Made by a program: the position numbers and the translations under genes
Notes under the pieces: model-generated
What the model saw: the letters and a program-made list of their open reading frames with translations, nothing else
Told to the model about the DNA's origin: nothing
Databases searched by the model: none
NCBI GenBank assembly: GCA_024276825.1
Contig: JAJRWI010000079.1
Coordinates: 1-64,000, forward strand
DNA length: 64,000 bases
From: an archaeon
Lineage (GTDB): Archaea > Asgardarchaeota > Thorarchaeia > Thorarchaeales > Thorarchaeaceae
Direction: 5' to 3'
Shown: positions 19,777 through 29,961 of the stretch, piece after piece
How positions within the stretch are numbered: position 1 is the stretch's first letter
Layout: each line of letters starts with the position of its first letter

Positions 19777-20745
19777 TCATTCTTCTATGAGATATATGAT
19801 ATTTTCACGACCATCCCTTAATCGTCTGACAAGCCCGCGTTCTTCAAGAGCGGTGATCATCATGCTCACTTTAGACTGTGAGAGATTGAACTCGCGATAG
19901 AGATCCTTCTGTGGACAAGAACCGCCCCTGCGACGCATTATTTCTAGAATCTGTTGTTCTTCATGAGTTAGCCCGACAACTCTCACCTTCCCAATGTTTC
20001 TAATACGAGTGAGGGCGATTGGACCAAATCTTGTGATTAGTACACCCACTGCAAAGAAAGCAGCTGCAATTACTGCTGTCCAGAGAACAGAGGTGGATTG
20101 TGCAACATATTGCAACTGAAGCTGATACTTCGTTATGTAAACTTGTTCTTGGCCAGGCATTAATGATGACTCGTTCCAGACAAAAGCCATAGACTGGCCA
20201 TCGGTAAAATTGCCATCGGGATATGGGAATAATGGAACTAGTATCCTCTGTGATAGTACTGCCTCTCTTGGAAGGAAGATTGTAAAAGTCAGGTTATAGT
20301 ACGGATTCAATGGCCTGATATAAAGAGTAAACTCGCTATATAGAAAATTATTCTCTGTCAACATGCTCTGAAGGTCGAAACTCAATAGTTCAAGATGCAC
20401 CCAACGGTTTTCATTTGGATTGATCTCAGACTGAAATTCAAGATTGATCTCAGAATATCGAGACCTTGGTGATATCGTGTGGTATAGAGGTTCACCCTCA
20501 GACTCGGCAGTCAGTATTGAGAAGTCAAGGGAGTCGAACCGAAATACAAACTCAGTGATTGGCTCACTTCCATTATTGTTGATTCGGAAATACACCTCGA
20601 TAAGAGAGCTCCCATTGGCATTCAAATAGATATTGAATTCAATCGGATCCACGAACACACTCGTGCTGGCTTGGGAGTTCACAGGAATAGGAAATGTTGT
20701 GATGGCCAATGCAAATAGTAGTACTATCAAATGTGTTCGATTCAT
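19777..20745 (-). CDS. Membrane-anchored regulator: extracellular domain, TM, cytoplasmic wHTH
   Basis: Signal peptide, beta-rich domain, TM, then LTHEEQQILE...QKDLYREFNLSQSKVSMMITALEERGLV. Confidence 0.8.
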   Translation of the reverse strand: MNRTHLIVLLFALAITTFPIPVNSQASTSVFVDPIEFNIYLNANGSSLIEVYFRINNNGSEPITEFVFRFDSLDFSILTAESEGEPLYHTISPRSRYSEINLEFQSEINPNENRWVHLELLSFDLQSMLTENNFLYSEFTLYIRPLNPYYNLTFTIFLPREAVLSQRILVPLFPYPDGNFTDGQSMAFVWNESSLMPGQEQVYITKYQLQLQYVAQSTSVLWTAVIAAAFFAVGVLITRFGPIALTRIRNIGKVRVVGLTHEEQQILEIMRRRGGSCPQKDLYREFNLSQSKVSMMITALEERGLVRRLRDGRENIIYLIEE

Positions 20746-20818
20746 TGTGTTCCCTCAAGACTATGATCATATCGCATATGAATATAGCCTAATGTAAAAA
20801 AAAAAGAGGTAGAACTAT

Positions 20819-21994
20819 CTACCTCTTCTTAGCAATGACCACCACAATTGCAATGATTGCAACGATTCCAACGCCCATAATAATCAGATTTTCTGTTGGG
20901 ACCCCAGTTTCTGGAATGGCATCAGGATACAGTCCGATTGATGGATCATGAAGTAATGTCCCATCGTCAAAATTAGGATATGCTAGTGCCAATGCAACAC
21001 CCATTCCCACAGGCAGGTATGATGCAGAAACATTGACTGCTTCGGTTTCACCACCAGGCAGAGTGATCAATGCCTTGTCCACCCACCTGAAGAATCCCTC
21101 AGGAACTCCAGTCAGGTCATTGGTGAATTCGACTTCTTGCACATGAGTGTTATTGCGGTTCTCAAAGCGGTATTCCATCTTGGACTGAGTCCAGTTCATG
21201 TCAGAGGTCATGTTCATGACTCTTGAGCGCTCATGGGTTCTGATGTGATGACGCATCTGTGAGCCCATGGCCTCATTCTCCCTCAACAGGAGTTGAAGTG
21301 CGACACTGCTCTCATTGTTGCTGAATGGAAAGTTTCCAATCTCAATATCCATTTTAAGCTCGTAGCCGCCTGCCACCGTAAAGTTGGCATGAACTCCCTT
21401 ATCATCAGAAACATTGCCATAGTAGTCGTTGAGATATATATGAGCCCATATTTGAATAGTCACGTCCTCAAAACGTTGAACCTCACCAGATCTAGCCATT
21501 AGGAGAGATGGTGCATCAGGGTGCATACCGCCTTCACGAAGTCCACCCTTGATATACTTCAACCAGACTTCTGAGACTGCACCATCGTCCTCGACAACAC
21601 TTCCTGTCTGGACTGTCCACTCATAAGCTGCAAGTGGTGCATAGTGCAGCACCTCGTTGTTTTGGTAGGCACTATCATTATTAGAGTCCAAAAACTCGAT
21701 TATATTGAGATAAGTTACTGAGAACTTAGTCAGGGTTCCGTTCTCATCATTTGTGAACCAGAAGTGCAGCATTGGCACCTCATTATTGGCCATGATTGTG
21801 ATTATGTCTGTGCTTATCCATACCGTCCCATCAGATCCAACTCGATGGTCAGGCATTCGATTCTCAGGGGGCATAGTTGTTGGAGGGGTCATGGTTGTGG
21901 AGGGCATGGCTCCAACAGATGATATGAATGGCCCTAGAAGCAGGGCCGTTATGATTGCGATGTTAATAAGTTTCAGTTGATTCTTCATTATCAA
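20819..21994 (-). CDS. Secreted protein with C-terminal membrane anchor
   Basis: Signal peptide, HDPSIG motif, C-terminal TM ending KKR. Confidence 0.75.
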   Translation of the reverse strand: MIMKNQLKLINIAIITALLLGPFISSVGAMPSTTMTPPTTMPPENRMPDHRVGSDGTVWISTDIITIMANNEVPMLHFWFTNDENGTLTKFSVTYLNIIEFLDSNNDSAYQNNEVLHYAPLAAYEWTVQTGSVVEDDGAVSEVWLKYIKGGLREGGMHPDAPSLLMARSGEVQRFEDVTIQIWAHIYLNDYYGNVSDDKGVHANFTVAGGYELKMDIEIGNFPFSNNESSVALQLLLRENEAMGSQMRHHIRTHERSRVMNMTSDMNWTQSKMEYRFENRNNTHVQEVEFTNDLTGVPEGFFRWVDKALITLPGGETEAVNVSASYLPVGMGVALALAYPNFDDGTLLHDPSIGLYPDAIPETGVPTENLIIMGVGIVAIIAIVVVIAKKR

Positions 21995-22027
21995 TCACCT
22001 ACCACGGAACATGAATAGTTAATATAT

Positions 22028-22050
22028 AATGACTCTTAAGAAGAGTCATT
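22028..22050. promoter_or_regulatory. Perfect 10-bp inverted repeat adjoining a TATA box
   Basis: AATGACTCTT-AAG-AAGAGTCATT next to minus-strand TTATATAT upstream of 21994. Confidence 0.55.
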
Positions 22051-22221
22051 TTTGACCCAATGAGAGAGAGATATGGGCACTTAGAATTACAGACTAAGTA
22101 TTATGAATTCTTCGCTAGATGCATTCGGCAGGGATAATGGATTTTAGTAGTCTTGGTGGGAGATATCAAAAGTTTAAAGGCTAAACAATGTCAATAATAC
22201 AGAAACAACGGAGATTTTCTA

Positions 22222-22494
22222 ATGTCAGTCGGAGAAGAGGATTATACACAATATGATTATTTTGCTGAAGCAAAGGCTCACGAGTCCAGAGGCGATGATG
22301 AAGCAGCTCTTGAATTCTATACTAAGGCAATACAGATAGACCCGAACTTTGCAAAGGCATGGTTTTACAAGGCCCAGCTATTGGCCAAATTAGGAAGGCA
22401 TGATGAAGCCCTAAAGTGTGCTCGCGAGGCAGTCAGGATAAGAGCTGATTGGGAAAAACATGTGAAAAAGTTCATTCCCGACTTCTCTATGTGA
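22222..22494 (+). CDS. Small TPR protein
   Basis: TPR repeats, AWFYKA; resembles 15855..16148. Confidence 0.8.
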   Translation: MSVGEEDYTQYDYFAEAKAHESRGDDEAALEFYTKAIQIDPNFAKAWFYKAQLLAKLGRHDEALKCAREAVRIRADWEKHVKKFIPDFSM

Positions 22495-22505
22495 TTAGGA
22501 CTCAT

Positions 22506-22952
22506 TCATTTCAGAGCAGCCGATGAGTCTGGGAACAATAGAACATAGATAGCCTGATTTAGAGTTAGGACTCCCTTGTCTACCCAGTCCATCACAAGAT
22601 TCACATTCTCTTCAGAGGAGATCTTTGCAAGAGCATTGAGAACAGTTGGACGACATTCCTCATGGTTCAATAGCTCTTCAATAGTCTTAATGAGGATGAG
22701 TTGTCGTGCATCAAGGCTGGAACTACTCAGCCAGAAAAGAACATTATCAATTGCATCCTTATCAATTGATGAGTTCTCGGCAGCCTTGGTGATCTTCTCT
22801 GACAGTTCTGCTGATTCACCTGTTTTAATACCATAAAGCTCGGACTCGATAAGAGTTGCAATGAGCTCTGCGTTTTCAGGATTGCAGGAGAGAATGTCCA
22901 CCAGATCAGATCTTGCTCTCAATGGACTTCTAGTGTCATCGTTCTTACTCAT
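22506..22952 (-). CDS. Hypothetical alpha-helical protein
   Basis: 148-aa ORF with coding-like composition. Confidence 0.6.
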   Translation of the reverse strand: MSKNDDTRSPLRARSDLVDILSCNPENAELIATLIESELYGIKTGESAELSEKITKAAENSSIDKDAIDNVLFWLSSSSLDARQLILIKTIEELLNHEECRPTVLNALAKISSEENVNLVMDWVDKGVLTLNQAIYVLLFPDSSAALK

Positions 22953-23026
22953 TGCAATTCTAACTCCGTCTGTTTTGACATTAATGGGTTAGAGATTGGA
23001 GTTAATAATTGATTCTGGTACGTAGA

Positions 23027-23818
23027 TTACTCAATAGTGAGTAATTTTGTTAAGTCATTCAATTTATGCACAGTAAGAACGGGTTTGGTTTCCAAGCCAT
23101 ACTTTGACAGATAGCCTCCAATTGGTTGTCGTTTATAATTCACCCATATGGCATCAAGGCCTGAATTGTAAGCGCCCACAACATCAGCAAAATATTCATC
23201 ACCAATTGAGAGGGTTGTTGTGGGAGATGCGTTCAATCTTTCAAGCATGAACCTAAAGACCTCCGGCATAGGCTTGAAGGCTTTGGGACTCTCAGTGTCT
23301 GCAATCACATCAAAGTAGTGGTCAATTCCAAGTCGACTTAGGATGATCTTGGCATGCCCAGTAAAGGAGTTAGAGAACACGCCAAGTCTAATCCCAAGGC
23401 TGCTGAGATATTGCAGAAGCTCAGCAACACCAATGTCGAGCTCTGACAAGTCCCTGTGGTATTTCATCATGACCCTTACTGATTCCCTCACGATTTTTTC
23501 ATTCGGCTCAACATCTAATTCAATCAGACTAGAACGCATGGCCTCATAGACAATGAGGAATGGAGCCTTGTATGGCGCACCCTGAACAATGGACTGAATT
23601 CCTTCGTAATAATTGCTATAGAGGTGATGTAGGAAGTCTTTAATTTCAACATATTGTAGGCCCGGATGATTCTCAAACAGCCATTCACAGGCCCTCAGGG
23701 GAAACTTGTTTGCATTGGTCAGTGTCGAGTCTAGGTCGAAGATGATGGTATTGTACTTGGTAATGTCGAATTCTCCCAGCTTAGTCACCTTTGCCAAGAT
23801 AGACACCATGAGGATCAA
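23027..23818 (-). CDS. HAD-superfamily hydrolase
   Basis: FDLDSTL, SN, KP, IGDEYFADVVGA; start uncertain. Confidence 0.9.
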   Translation of the reverse strand: MILMVSILAKVTKLGEFDITKYNTIIFDLDSTLTNANKFPLRACEWLFENHPGLQYVEIKDFLHHLYSNYYEGIQSIVQGAPYKAPFLIVYEAMRSSLIELDVEPNEKIVRESVRVMMKYHRDLSELDIGVAELLQYLSSLGIRLGVFSNSFTGHAKIILSRLGIDHYFDVIADTESPKAFKPMPEVFRFMLERLNASPTTTLSIGDEYFADVVGAYNSGLDAIWVNYKRQPIGGYLSKYGLETKPVLTVHKLNDLTKLLTIE

Positions 23819-24551
23819 GCCTATGCATTATCCTAATCTGCTCCTCTGTGGGTTCAGGGGTTGTTGGCACATCGTCAGGTATGATCAGGTCAAACATGAC
23901 ATTATCGATAATGTCTTGGACAGAATATCCCGGATGGACACTCATGAGGCGTATCTTTTGAGTTTCCGGCTCAAAGTCCATCTGGCACATATCGGTAATG
24001 ACAACCTCAGGACCTCCGCCCACCATATTCCACTTCTTGCGAGACCCTGGACCCTTAAGATGGCCTGGCGATGTAAAATAGTCCAGCTTCTTCACAAACT
24101 TTCTTTTGTCATGAGTCATCATAATTATCAGACGTTTGGCAGACGACGCTATGTCATTGCCGCCCCCACTTCCAGGAAGCTTGACCTTGGGGCTCTCAAA
24201 GGGGCCGATATAACTGGTATTGAGGTTGCCATATTCATCAATCTGTGCGGCACCAAGGAATCCCACATCTATCCTGCCACCCTGAAGAAGGAAGCCTAGG
24301 GTTTCTATGAGACCGATTGATGCAGAACAGCCATAGTAATAACGCGAGTCAGCAACTGATAATGGCACCTCTCCAGGACGGGCATCAATAAAACCTGCTT
24401 CTGAGATCAGATTGATATTAGGCGCGTGGGTTTCCTTAGCCAGCAAAGCTGCAAGGAGCGGAAGGCCAGTCCCGCCAAACACATTTTCGCCATCTCTAAC
24501 ATGAGTTGATGCACAAGCTGCTAGAAACTCTATTTTAGTGTATTTTACCAT
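23781..24551 (-). CDS. CoA-transferase beta subunit (glutaconate CoA-transferase-like)
   Basis: GTGLP, SEAG, FLGAAQIDEYGNLN, LPGSGGGNDI, TSPG. Confidence 0.9.
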   Translation of the reverse strand: MVKYTKIEFLAACASTHVRDGENVFGGTGLPLLAALLAKETHAPNINLISEAGFIDARPGEVPLSVADSRYYYGCSASIGLIETLGFLLQGGRIDVGFLGAAQIDEYGNLNTSYIGPFESPKVKLPGSGGGNDIASSAKRLIIMMTHDKRKFVKKLDYFTSPGHLKGPGSRKKWNMVGGGPEVVITDMCQMDFEPETQKIRLMSVHPGYSVQDIIDNVMFDLIIPDDVPTTPEPTEEQIRIMHRLDPHGVYLGKGD

Positions 24552-24563
24552 GTCATCTCCTCC

Positions 24564-25511
24564 TTAATAACCAAGGGGTTTCTTCGCACGTAGGCTCATC
24601 AGTCGATCCCAGCCCACCTTATCGAGATATCCATAATGATCGTCAACCCCAAGAATGTAGTTTTCAAGATACTCATTCCACCCCTCTTCAGTCCTGCTCA
24701 GTTTATGGAACATCATCAAGTGCTCAAGGTCATAGTCATAGTAATTATGGCACTGCATGGGATGAGCAGTAAAGGGCAATATGACAACATGATCAACATA
24801 CATCGCAGGTATCTTTGTCTGATCTGGTCTGAAACGAATTTCATCTTCATGAATCAGCTCTTCAGCCAGAACAATCAGCTTCTTTCCACAGCGCGATCCC
24901 TCAATGTCTTCCCCGATGATGCCATCAATCTGTGCATTGCCATTTGAGTCAACACGTTGAACATGCACTATGCTGAAATCGGGCTGCAATGATGGTACAA
25001 GACAGATCTTTTCACCTGTGAATGGGCAATCAATGACCTTCAGTTTCTTGTCACCTAGGTATCGTGATTTGTTCACAATATCAGTACCCATCAGGCTTCG
25101 TATTGGCATGAAGGGCACATTTAAAGCACCTCCAAGAAATCTCATTGCCATTGCGAGGTTACTGTAATCTTCAACCTGCACTTTGCCCTCTGCGACCCTT
25201 CTTCGCATGTTATAAGCAAGTCCCAATGCCTCAATAGCAACAAAGGCGATTTCAAATCGAGATGCAACGCCAGCCCCTGCCATGATCTCAAGATCAACCT
25301 CTGAACCACAGGTATGAATTGTCAAGTTTCTCTTCTTCTGGCGAGCCAGCTCTGCTGCAAAGGCAATGGGGGCTCTTTGATATCCAAAACCACCCCAAAA
25401 AAGGGAAGACCCATCAGGGACCATCTTTGCTGCCTCTTTAAGAGTGATTATCTTATCCATGACTTCCGCTTCTGTCAATTGACACACCTTGAGCATGATT
25501 ATTGATGCCAT
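24564..25511 (-). CDS. CoA-transferase alpha subunit (glutaconate CoA-transferase-like)
   Basis: GGF, PFMP, GTD, CPFTG, HVQRVD..GN; start probably at MDKII. Confidence 0.9.
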   Translation of the reverse strand: MASIIMLKVCQLTEAEVMDKIITLKEAAKMVPDGSSLFWGGFGYQRAPIAFAAELARQKKRNLTIHTCGSEVDLEIMAGAGVASRFEIAFVAIEALGLAYNMRRRVAEGKVQVEDYSNLAMAMRFLGGALNVPFMPIRSLMGTDIVNKSRYLGDKKLKVIDCPFTGEKICLVPSLQPDFSIVHVQRVDSNGNAQIDGIIGEDIEGSRCGKKLIVLAEELIHEDEIRFRPDQTKIPAMYVDHVVILPFTAHPMQCHNYYDYDLEHLMMFHKLSRTEEGWNEYLENYILGVDDHYGYLDKVGWDRLMSLRAKKPLGY

Positions 25512-25611
25512 TCAAAATAACGAGCGCCTTTTATCTTTGACTAGTTCTTCAAGTGACTAGTAAGCATATTATGCATTGTTTCCAAAAGCCTATTTTGCAA
25601 GGGAATTCTTG

Positions 25612-25780
25612 CCGTTCATTGTAAATTGGACTTTCTTGGACATCTCAGTCCTGTCCGCCCAGAAAATGGCACTTGGGCATATTTCGAGAGTGAGTCCTGT
25701 AAAAGACCTATTAGACCCGTTTTTTGACTTTAGTGAGACCTTTGACAAGTGTTCAACTTTAGCCAATTTACAATGAACGG
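25612..25780. mobile_element. MITE with perfect 18-bp terminal inverted repeats
   Basis: CCGTTCATTGTAAATTGG (25612-25629) and CCAATTTACAATGAACGG (25763-25780); flanks GAATTCTTG and GTATTCTTG match 8/9. Confidence 0.8.
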
Positions 25781-25858
25781 GTATTCTTGAGTTTATCCAT
25801 GAACTTGTGGAAAAGGAAGAATTAAAGGACATTTACTCAAGTTCATCTTGAGCAGACT

Positions 25859-26482
25859 ATGAGAATCAGCGGCATAAGGCGACCATACCTAATTGGACTG
25901 TTTGCTCCAATTATTGCATTGATATGCATTGTAATAGCAATACTCCTAGCACCTTATTGGACTTGGGAGAACAATGCTCTCAGTGACCTGGGCCATTACA
26001 CTCGCACAGACATAGGTCCTAATCCAATGATGAGAGCCATTGTGTTCAACTCGGGACTTGTCGTCACAGGGATACTAATGATCTACGTGACCCTGAATTT
26101 CTTCAAGGACCAAGACTCCGAAATGGGAAAGTTGTCTATGGTCATTCTTATGATCTCAGAGGGATTCCTTATTGCCATAGGAGTTTTCTCTGAGAACTTT
26201 GGCTATATCCATTATATGGTCTCAGTAGGCTTCTTCTTCACATTCCCATTTGCAATGTGGATTGCTTCAGCTGAGTGGTTATGGAAAAGACAAGTTAGAT
26301 GGCTTGGCGTAATCTCATTACTGCTCCCGTTTGTATCATACTTGATTTGGAACGGATACTCAAGTGGAGCATTTCCTGCTTGGACTGACGTTGCAATCCC
26401 CGAGATAACCACAGCTGCAAGTTGCATTGTTTGGGTATGGCTGATTGTCATCTCACATGTCAAGGGGATGTGGTCAGAGTAA
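25859..26482 (+). CDS. DUF998-family membrane protein
   Basis: NALSDLG, FNSGL, IGVFSE, H motif, PE near C-terminus. Confidence 0.75.
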   Translation: MRISGIRRPYLIGLFAPIIALICIVIAILLAPYWTWENNALSDLGHYTRTDIGPNPMMRAIVFNSGLVVTGILMIYVTLNFFKDQDSEMGKLSMVILMISEGFLIAIGVFSENFGYIHYMVSVGFFFTFPFAMWIASAEWLWKRQVRWLGVISLLLPFVSYLIWNGYSSGAFPAWTDVAIPEITTAASCIVWVWLIVISHVKGMWSE

Positions 26483-26494
26483 AATAGAGTGATG

Positions 26495-26515
26495 GGCTCT
26501 GCGCTAGGCAGAGCC
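26495..26515. terminator. Hairpin between convergent genes
   Basis: GGCTCTGC-GCTAG-GCAGAGCC. Confidence 0.45.
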
Positions 26516-26523
26516 ATTATAGA

Positions 26524-27834
26524 TCAGATGAGTTGATCGAGAAGTTCGATAAGCTCTACTACTTTCAGTTTTGAACCGACAGCTGAGAGGTCCTTACCGG
26601 TCGCCTCTTCTTCCTTCTTCAGTGCTTTAATCCCATCGTTGAAGTTTGTCACACAGAATGGACATGAGGTCATCAGAACCTCTGCACCCGTTGAGGCAGC
26701 CTCCTTCAGGCGCTCCTTGGATGTTGAGAGTGCCATATCAGAGAACTGTGCCTTTACACCACCGCCCGCACCGCAGCAGAAGCTGTCACCCTTAATACGA
26801 TACATCTCATGGAACTTCAGACCGGGTATTGCTTTCAATACCACTCGGGGGATCTCAAAGTGTGCCTCCTTTGCCTTCTCGGCCTTTCTGCTGTCGATGA
26901 GCCAGTTGTCGGAGTTATTGAGTATCTCCTTCTCAATGGCAAGTCCAACATGTCGGATGCTGTGGCAGGGGTCATGCCAAGTCACCTTCTTTGCGTATTC
27001 AGTGTCAATCTTCAACTTGCCCTCGTTAATCAGGTCATAGACAAACTCTACAACATGGCGAACCTTGAAGGGCAGGGGCCCGCCGCTCATTGCAGGATAG
27101 TCGTTTCTGAAGGTCTTGTAGCACCCGGCGCAACTGAAAAGTAAGAGGTCGAATTCTTTAAACATCTCCAGATTCTCATTCATGACCTCTTTGAATATCT
27201 CTCGTTGACCAGTCCTCAGAATTGGAGAGCCACAACACACTTCATCACTAAGAACCGTGAAGTCAACGCCAATCTTCTTCAGAATACTTGCTGTGTGTTC
27301 TGCTATTTGCTGTTGTCGATAGGCTGCTGTACAACCAACAAAGTAGGCAACCTTCACCTCTTGGTTGTCAGTCTCTCCTGAAAACCACTTGGTCCTCTCT
27401 TCACGAGGCTCATTGTAGGGATTCCGAAGACTCTCATCATGAACACGCACACCGAAAATCTTGTGCTTATCAAGAGGTTCAACTCCTGCCTCGATGATCG
27501 CAGCTCGCAAGGCTTCCGTCACTGCAACAGTGTCAATGTAGTTCTCACATTGCGACTCGCACATTCCGCAGGTGGTGCAGGCCTCAACAACCTCCAACAA
27601 TTCCTTGCTTGGCTCCAGATCTCCTTCAAGGAAGGCTCTAGCCATCCATTGCTTCCCTGAGTTATAGTATCCTTCCCATCCAAAATACAGCCCTGCTGGA
27701 CATCCTTGCAACATGCCTGTGTATTCCTCAGTTTCACCTTCACGATCGGGCTCTCCTGAATACGCATATTGGCACGCTCGACAGTGAATGCATCGGGCAT
27801 TTATCTTGCGCAGCTCTTCCAGACTTGTCATCAC
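26524..27834 (-). CDS. Fe-S oxidoreductase with two CCG domains (GlcF/HdrD-like)
   Basis: CIHCRAC, CTTCGMC, GC, CCG, CAGC, HDPCH, CCGAGGG, CPFC. Confidence 0.92.
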   Translation of the reverse strand: MMTSLEELRKINARCIHCRACQYAYSGEPDREGETEEYTGMLQGCPAGLYFGWEGYYNSGKQWMARAFLEGDLEPSKELLEVVEACTTCGMCESQCENYIDTVAVTEALRAAIIEAGVEPLDKHKIFGVRVHDESLRNPYNEPREERTKWFSGETDNQEVKVAYFVGCTAAYRQQQIAEHTASILKKIGVDFTVLSDEVCCGSPILRTGQREIFKEVMNENLEMFKEFDLLLFSCAGCYKTFRNDYPAMSGGPLPFKVRHVVEFVYDLINEGKLKIDTEYAKKVTWHDPCHSIRHVGLAIEKEILNNSDNWLIDSRKAEKAKEAHFEIPRVVLKAIPGLKFHEMYRIKGDSFCCGAGGGVKAQFSDMALSTSKERLKEAASTGAEVLMTSCPFCVTNFNDGIKALKKEEEATGKDLSAVGSKLKVVELIELLDQLI

Positions 27835-27897
27835 AATCTTTCCTCCTTACACATCTTGCCATATAAAGTGTTACGTTCTGAAACTTTTCTCACCATA

Positions 27898-29418
27898 TTA
27901 GTTTCCTCCAGAACCAGGATAGGGAAGGCCTGTTACATTCTCCCATGGCATTGCAAGTCTGCCTGGATGAAGTATCATGTTCGGGTCCAAGACCTTCTTG
28001 AACTTCACTAGCATCTTGTAGTACTCGGGAGTCCTGCTAAAGGTCTCGGGGGCGTGTACGAATGGATCTGGCCGGTAGTTTAACCATCCCTTCTTCAGGA
28101 ATGATCGCGTTGTGTCAAGATTGAACTCACGAATTCTTTCATAAATACCCTGTTCGGTACTGTCAAAACAGAGTATAGGCATAACGATAGCCTGCCTTGC
28201 GTGATCGATAGATGCCACCCACATGGTCGGCGGGAATCCGTACTCTTCCATCTTGGCACAGTATTCCTCCATCATAGCAGTGCTCTCTTTCCATGGGGTA
28301 TACCAAGTGATGAAGAGGAAGCCTGCTTCCCAGAGGGCGTAGGGGATGGCGATCTTGTTGGGCTTTTTGAGTCGCGAAGCAATCTGTTTAGGATGGAGTT
28401 TCCATTGAGGACACTCGGTCTTCTTTTCGGCCTCGTAAGACTTGTAGATGTCGTCGATGCCCTTCATGACGTATTCCTGTTCTTCCTTGGTCCAGGCCCA
28501 GATCTCATAGTTCATCCAGTATTCAGAAAGACCGATTTTCTTGTAGAATTCATAGTCTAAGGGAACATTGGTCTTTGGCCAGCGGGTCATGACCAGAGGC
28601 CAGTTACCTCCCTGAACCATGACTGTGTGTTCAGCAATACCCATCTCATGTTTTGAGATGAGCCATGCAGGTTCGATGATGTCTTCCCAGTTCTTCCCAC
28701 CATAAGCGACCACAGTCTTGTAATGTGGATGGGGAACCATTTTGATTGCAGCCTTTGTGATGATACCCATCGCACCCTGAGAACCAAGGAATAGTCCATC
28801 AGGATTAGGACCGGGACCCCAACGGTAGTAAGGCTTTGCCCCATCAAGAGCCCATGAACCAGTGCGAAAGATCTCACCTGTAGGCAAGACAACCTCGAGA
28901 CCCATGATCATATCGGCTTGAGGACCGTACACGCCAGTGACCAGAGAGAAACCGCGTTCAATCGCATCACCGAGAACGGTAGCTGCCGGCGGTGCGCCAT
29001 CGGGGATTGGTGGCGCCCAATCAGGGTACTTTGTCTTGAAGATTCTCCAGGCATCACCGGACTTGAGACCGGGTTCCACGACCATGACACGATTATCGAC
29101 ATCGACTTGAAGAGTGTCCATTCGAGTCATGTCCATGTAGATGCCACCAGGCTCAATGGCGGGGAGTGCGAAACCACCGCTGAGACCTCCTGCCGCGGGA
29201 GTCACAGGGCACAGGTTCTCATTGGCGAGAACAAGGATCTTGGAAACCTCCTCGGCGTTTGCGGGTCTGACAATGACCTCGGGCAAAACAGCCTCGAGAC
29301 CCATAATTCCTCGTGCCATGTAACTATAACGAAGGGGTTCAGACGTGGTCACATATTGCTCTCCGCAGATCGCCTTGAGCTTGTCAACAACCTCGTCAGT
29401 GACTTTGTTATACTCCAA
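27898..29418 (-). CDS. FAD-binding oxidoreductase (GlcD/VAO-PCMH family)
   Basis: VRP..AEEV, VEPG, GLEVVLPTGEI, LGSQGAMGIITK, LDPNMILHPG. Confidence 0.9.
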   Translation of the reverse strand: MEYNKVTDEVVDKLKAICGEQYVTTSEPLRYSYMARGIMGLEAVLPEVIVRPANAEEVSKILVLANENLCPVTPAAGGLSGGFALPAIEPGGIYMDMTRMDTLQVDVDNRVMVVEPGLKSGDAWRIFKTKYPDWAPPIPDGAPPAATVLGDAIERGFSLVTGVYGPQADMIMGLEVVLPTGEIFRTGSWALDGAKPYYRWGPGPNPDGLFLGSQGAMGIITKAAIKMVPHPHYKTVVAYGGKNWEDIIEPAWLISKHEMGIAEHTVMVQGGNWPLVMTRWPKTNVPLDYEFYKKIGLSEYWMNYEIWAWTKEEQEYVMKGIDDIYKSYEAEKKTECPQWKLHPKQIASRLKKPNKIAIPYALWEAGFLFITWYTPWKESTAMMEEYCAKMEEYGFPPTMWVASIDHARQAIVMPILCFDSTEQGIYERIREFNLDTTRSFLKKGWLNYRPDPFVHAPETFSRTPEYYKMLVKFKKVLDPNMILHPGRLAMPWENVTGLPYPGSGGN

Positions 29419-29937
29419 TTATAATCCTCCAGTTCAATTCAAGAGGTGAATCTGATATTGTCGAAAGTGTGATGGGTCGATGAAATTCGGGCATAAATAG
29501 GATTCGCTAACCGAGTAAGATATTGTTAAGATAATTAATTTGATTATAAAAAATATTTTAAATATAAATTGTCTTGTTTGGTTTTGATAAGATTATCATA
29601 ATAACCATGGCATATACATCGTAGAGATGATGAATGAATGGCTTGGATGCGATATGTGGATAGCAAGGCGCGATGATTCGCCGACCAGGCATACAACAGA
29701 AACGAACCTCCTCATGACATTTCAAAAATGCCACAGATGAACTAATTGAGTGTAAGATAAGTAAATCAAGACATGAAGTTGTATGGGAAGTGTTAATTGA
29801 TGTTATGCTGACACCTTATTGATGTCATGCGAAACATGTGGTACAATACTCAGATACGGCAAGAGAGTAGCTGCTGGCAAGAGAGTCTGTATTGATTGTT
29901 GGAAATTGAAGAGGGAGATGTCTGAAAAGGGGGATGA

Positions 29938-29953
29938 GGAGTCCGAAGACTCC
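29938..29953 (-). terminator. Hairpin downstream of pmbA
   Basis: GGAGTC-CGAA-GACTCC. Confidence 0.35.
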
Positions 29954-29961
29954 ATAGATGA

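Noticed and set aside
25576-25832. Short ORFs 25576..25776 and 25590..25832
   Set aside because: They overlap the MITE and have no protein features.
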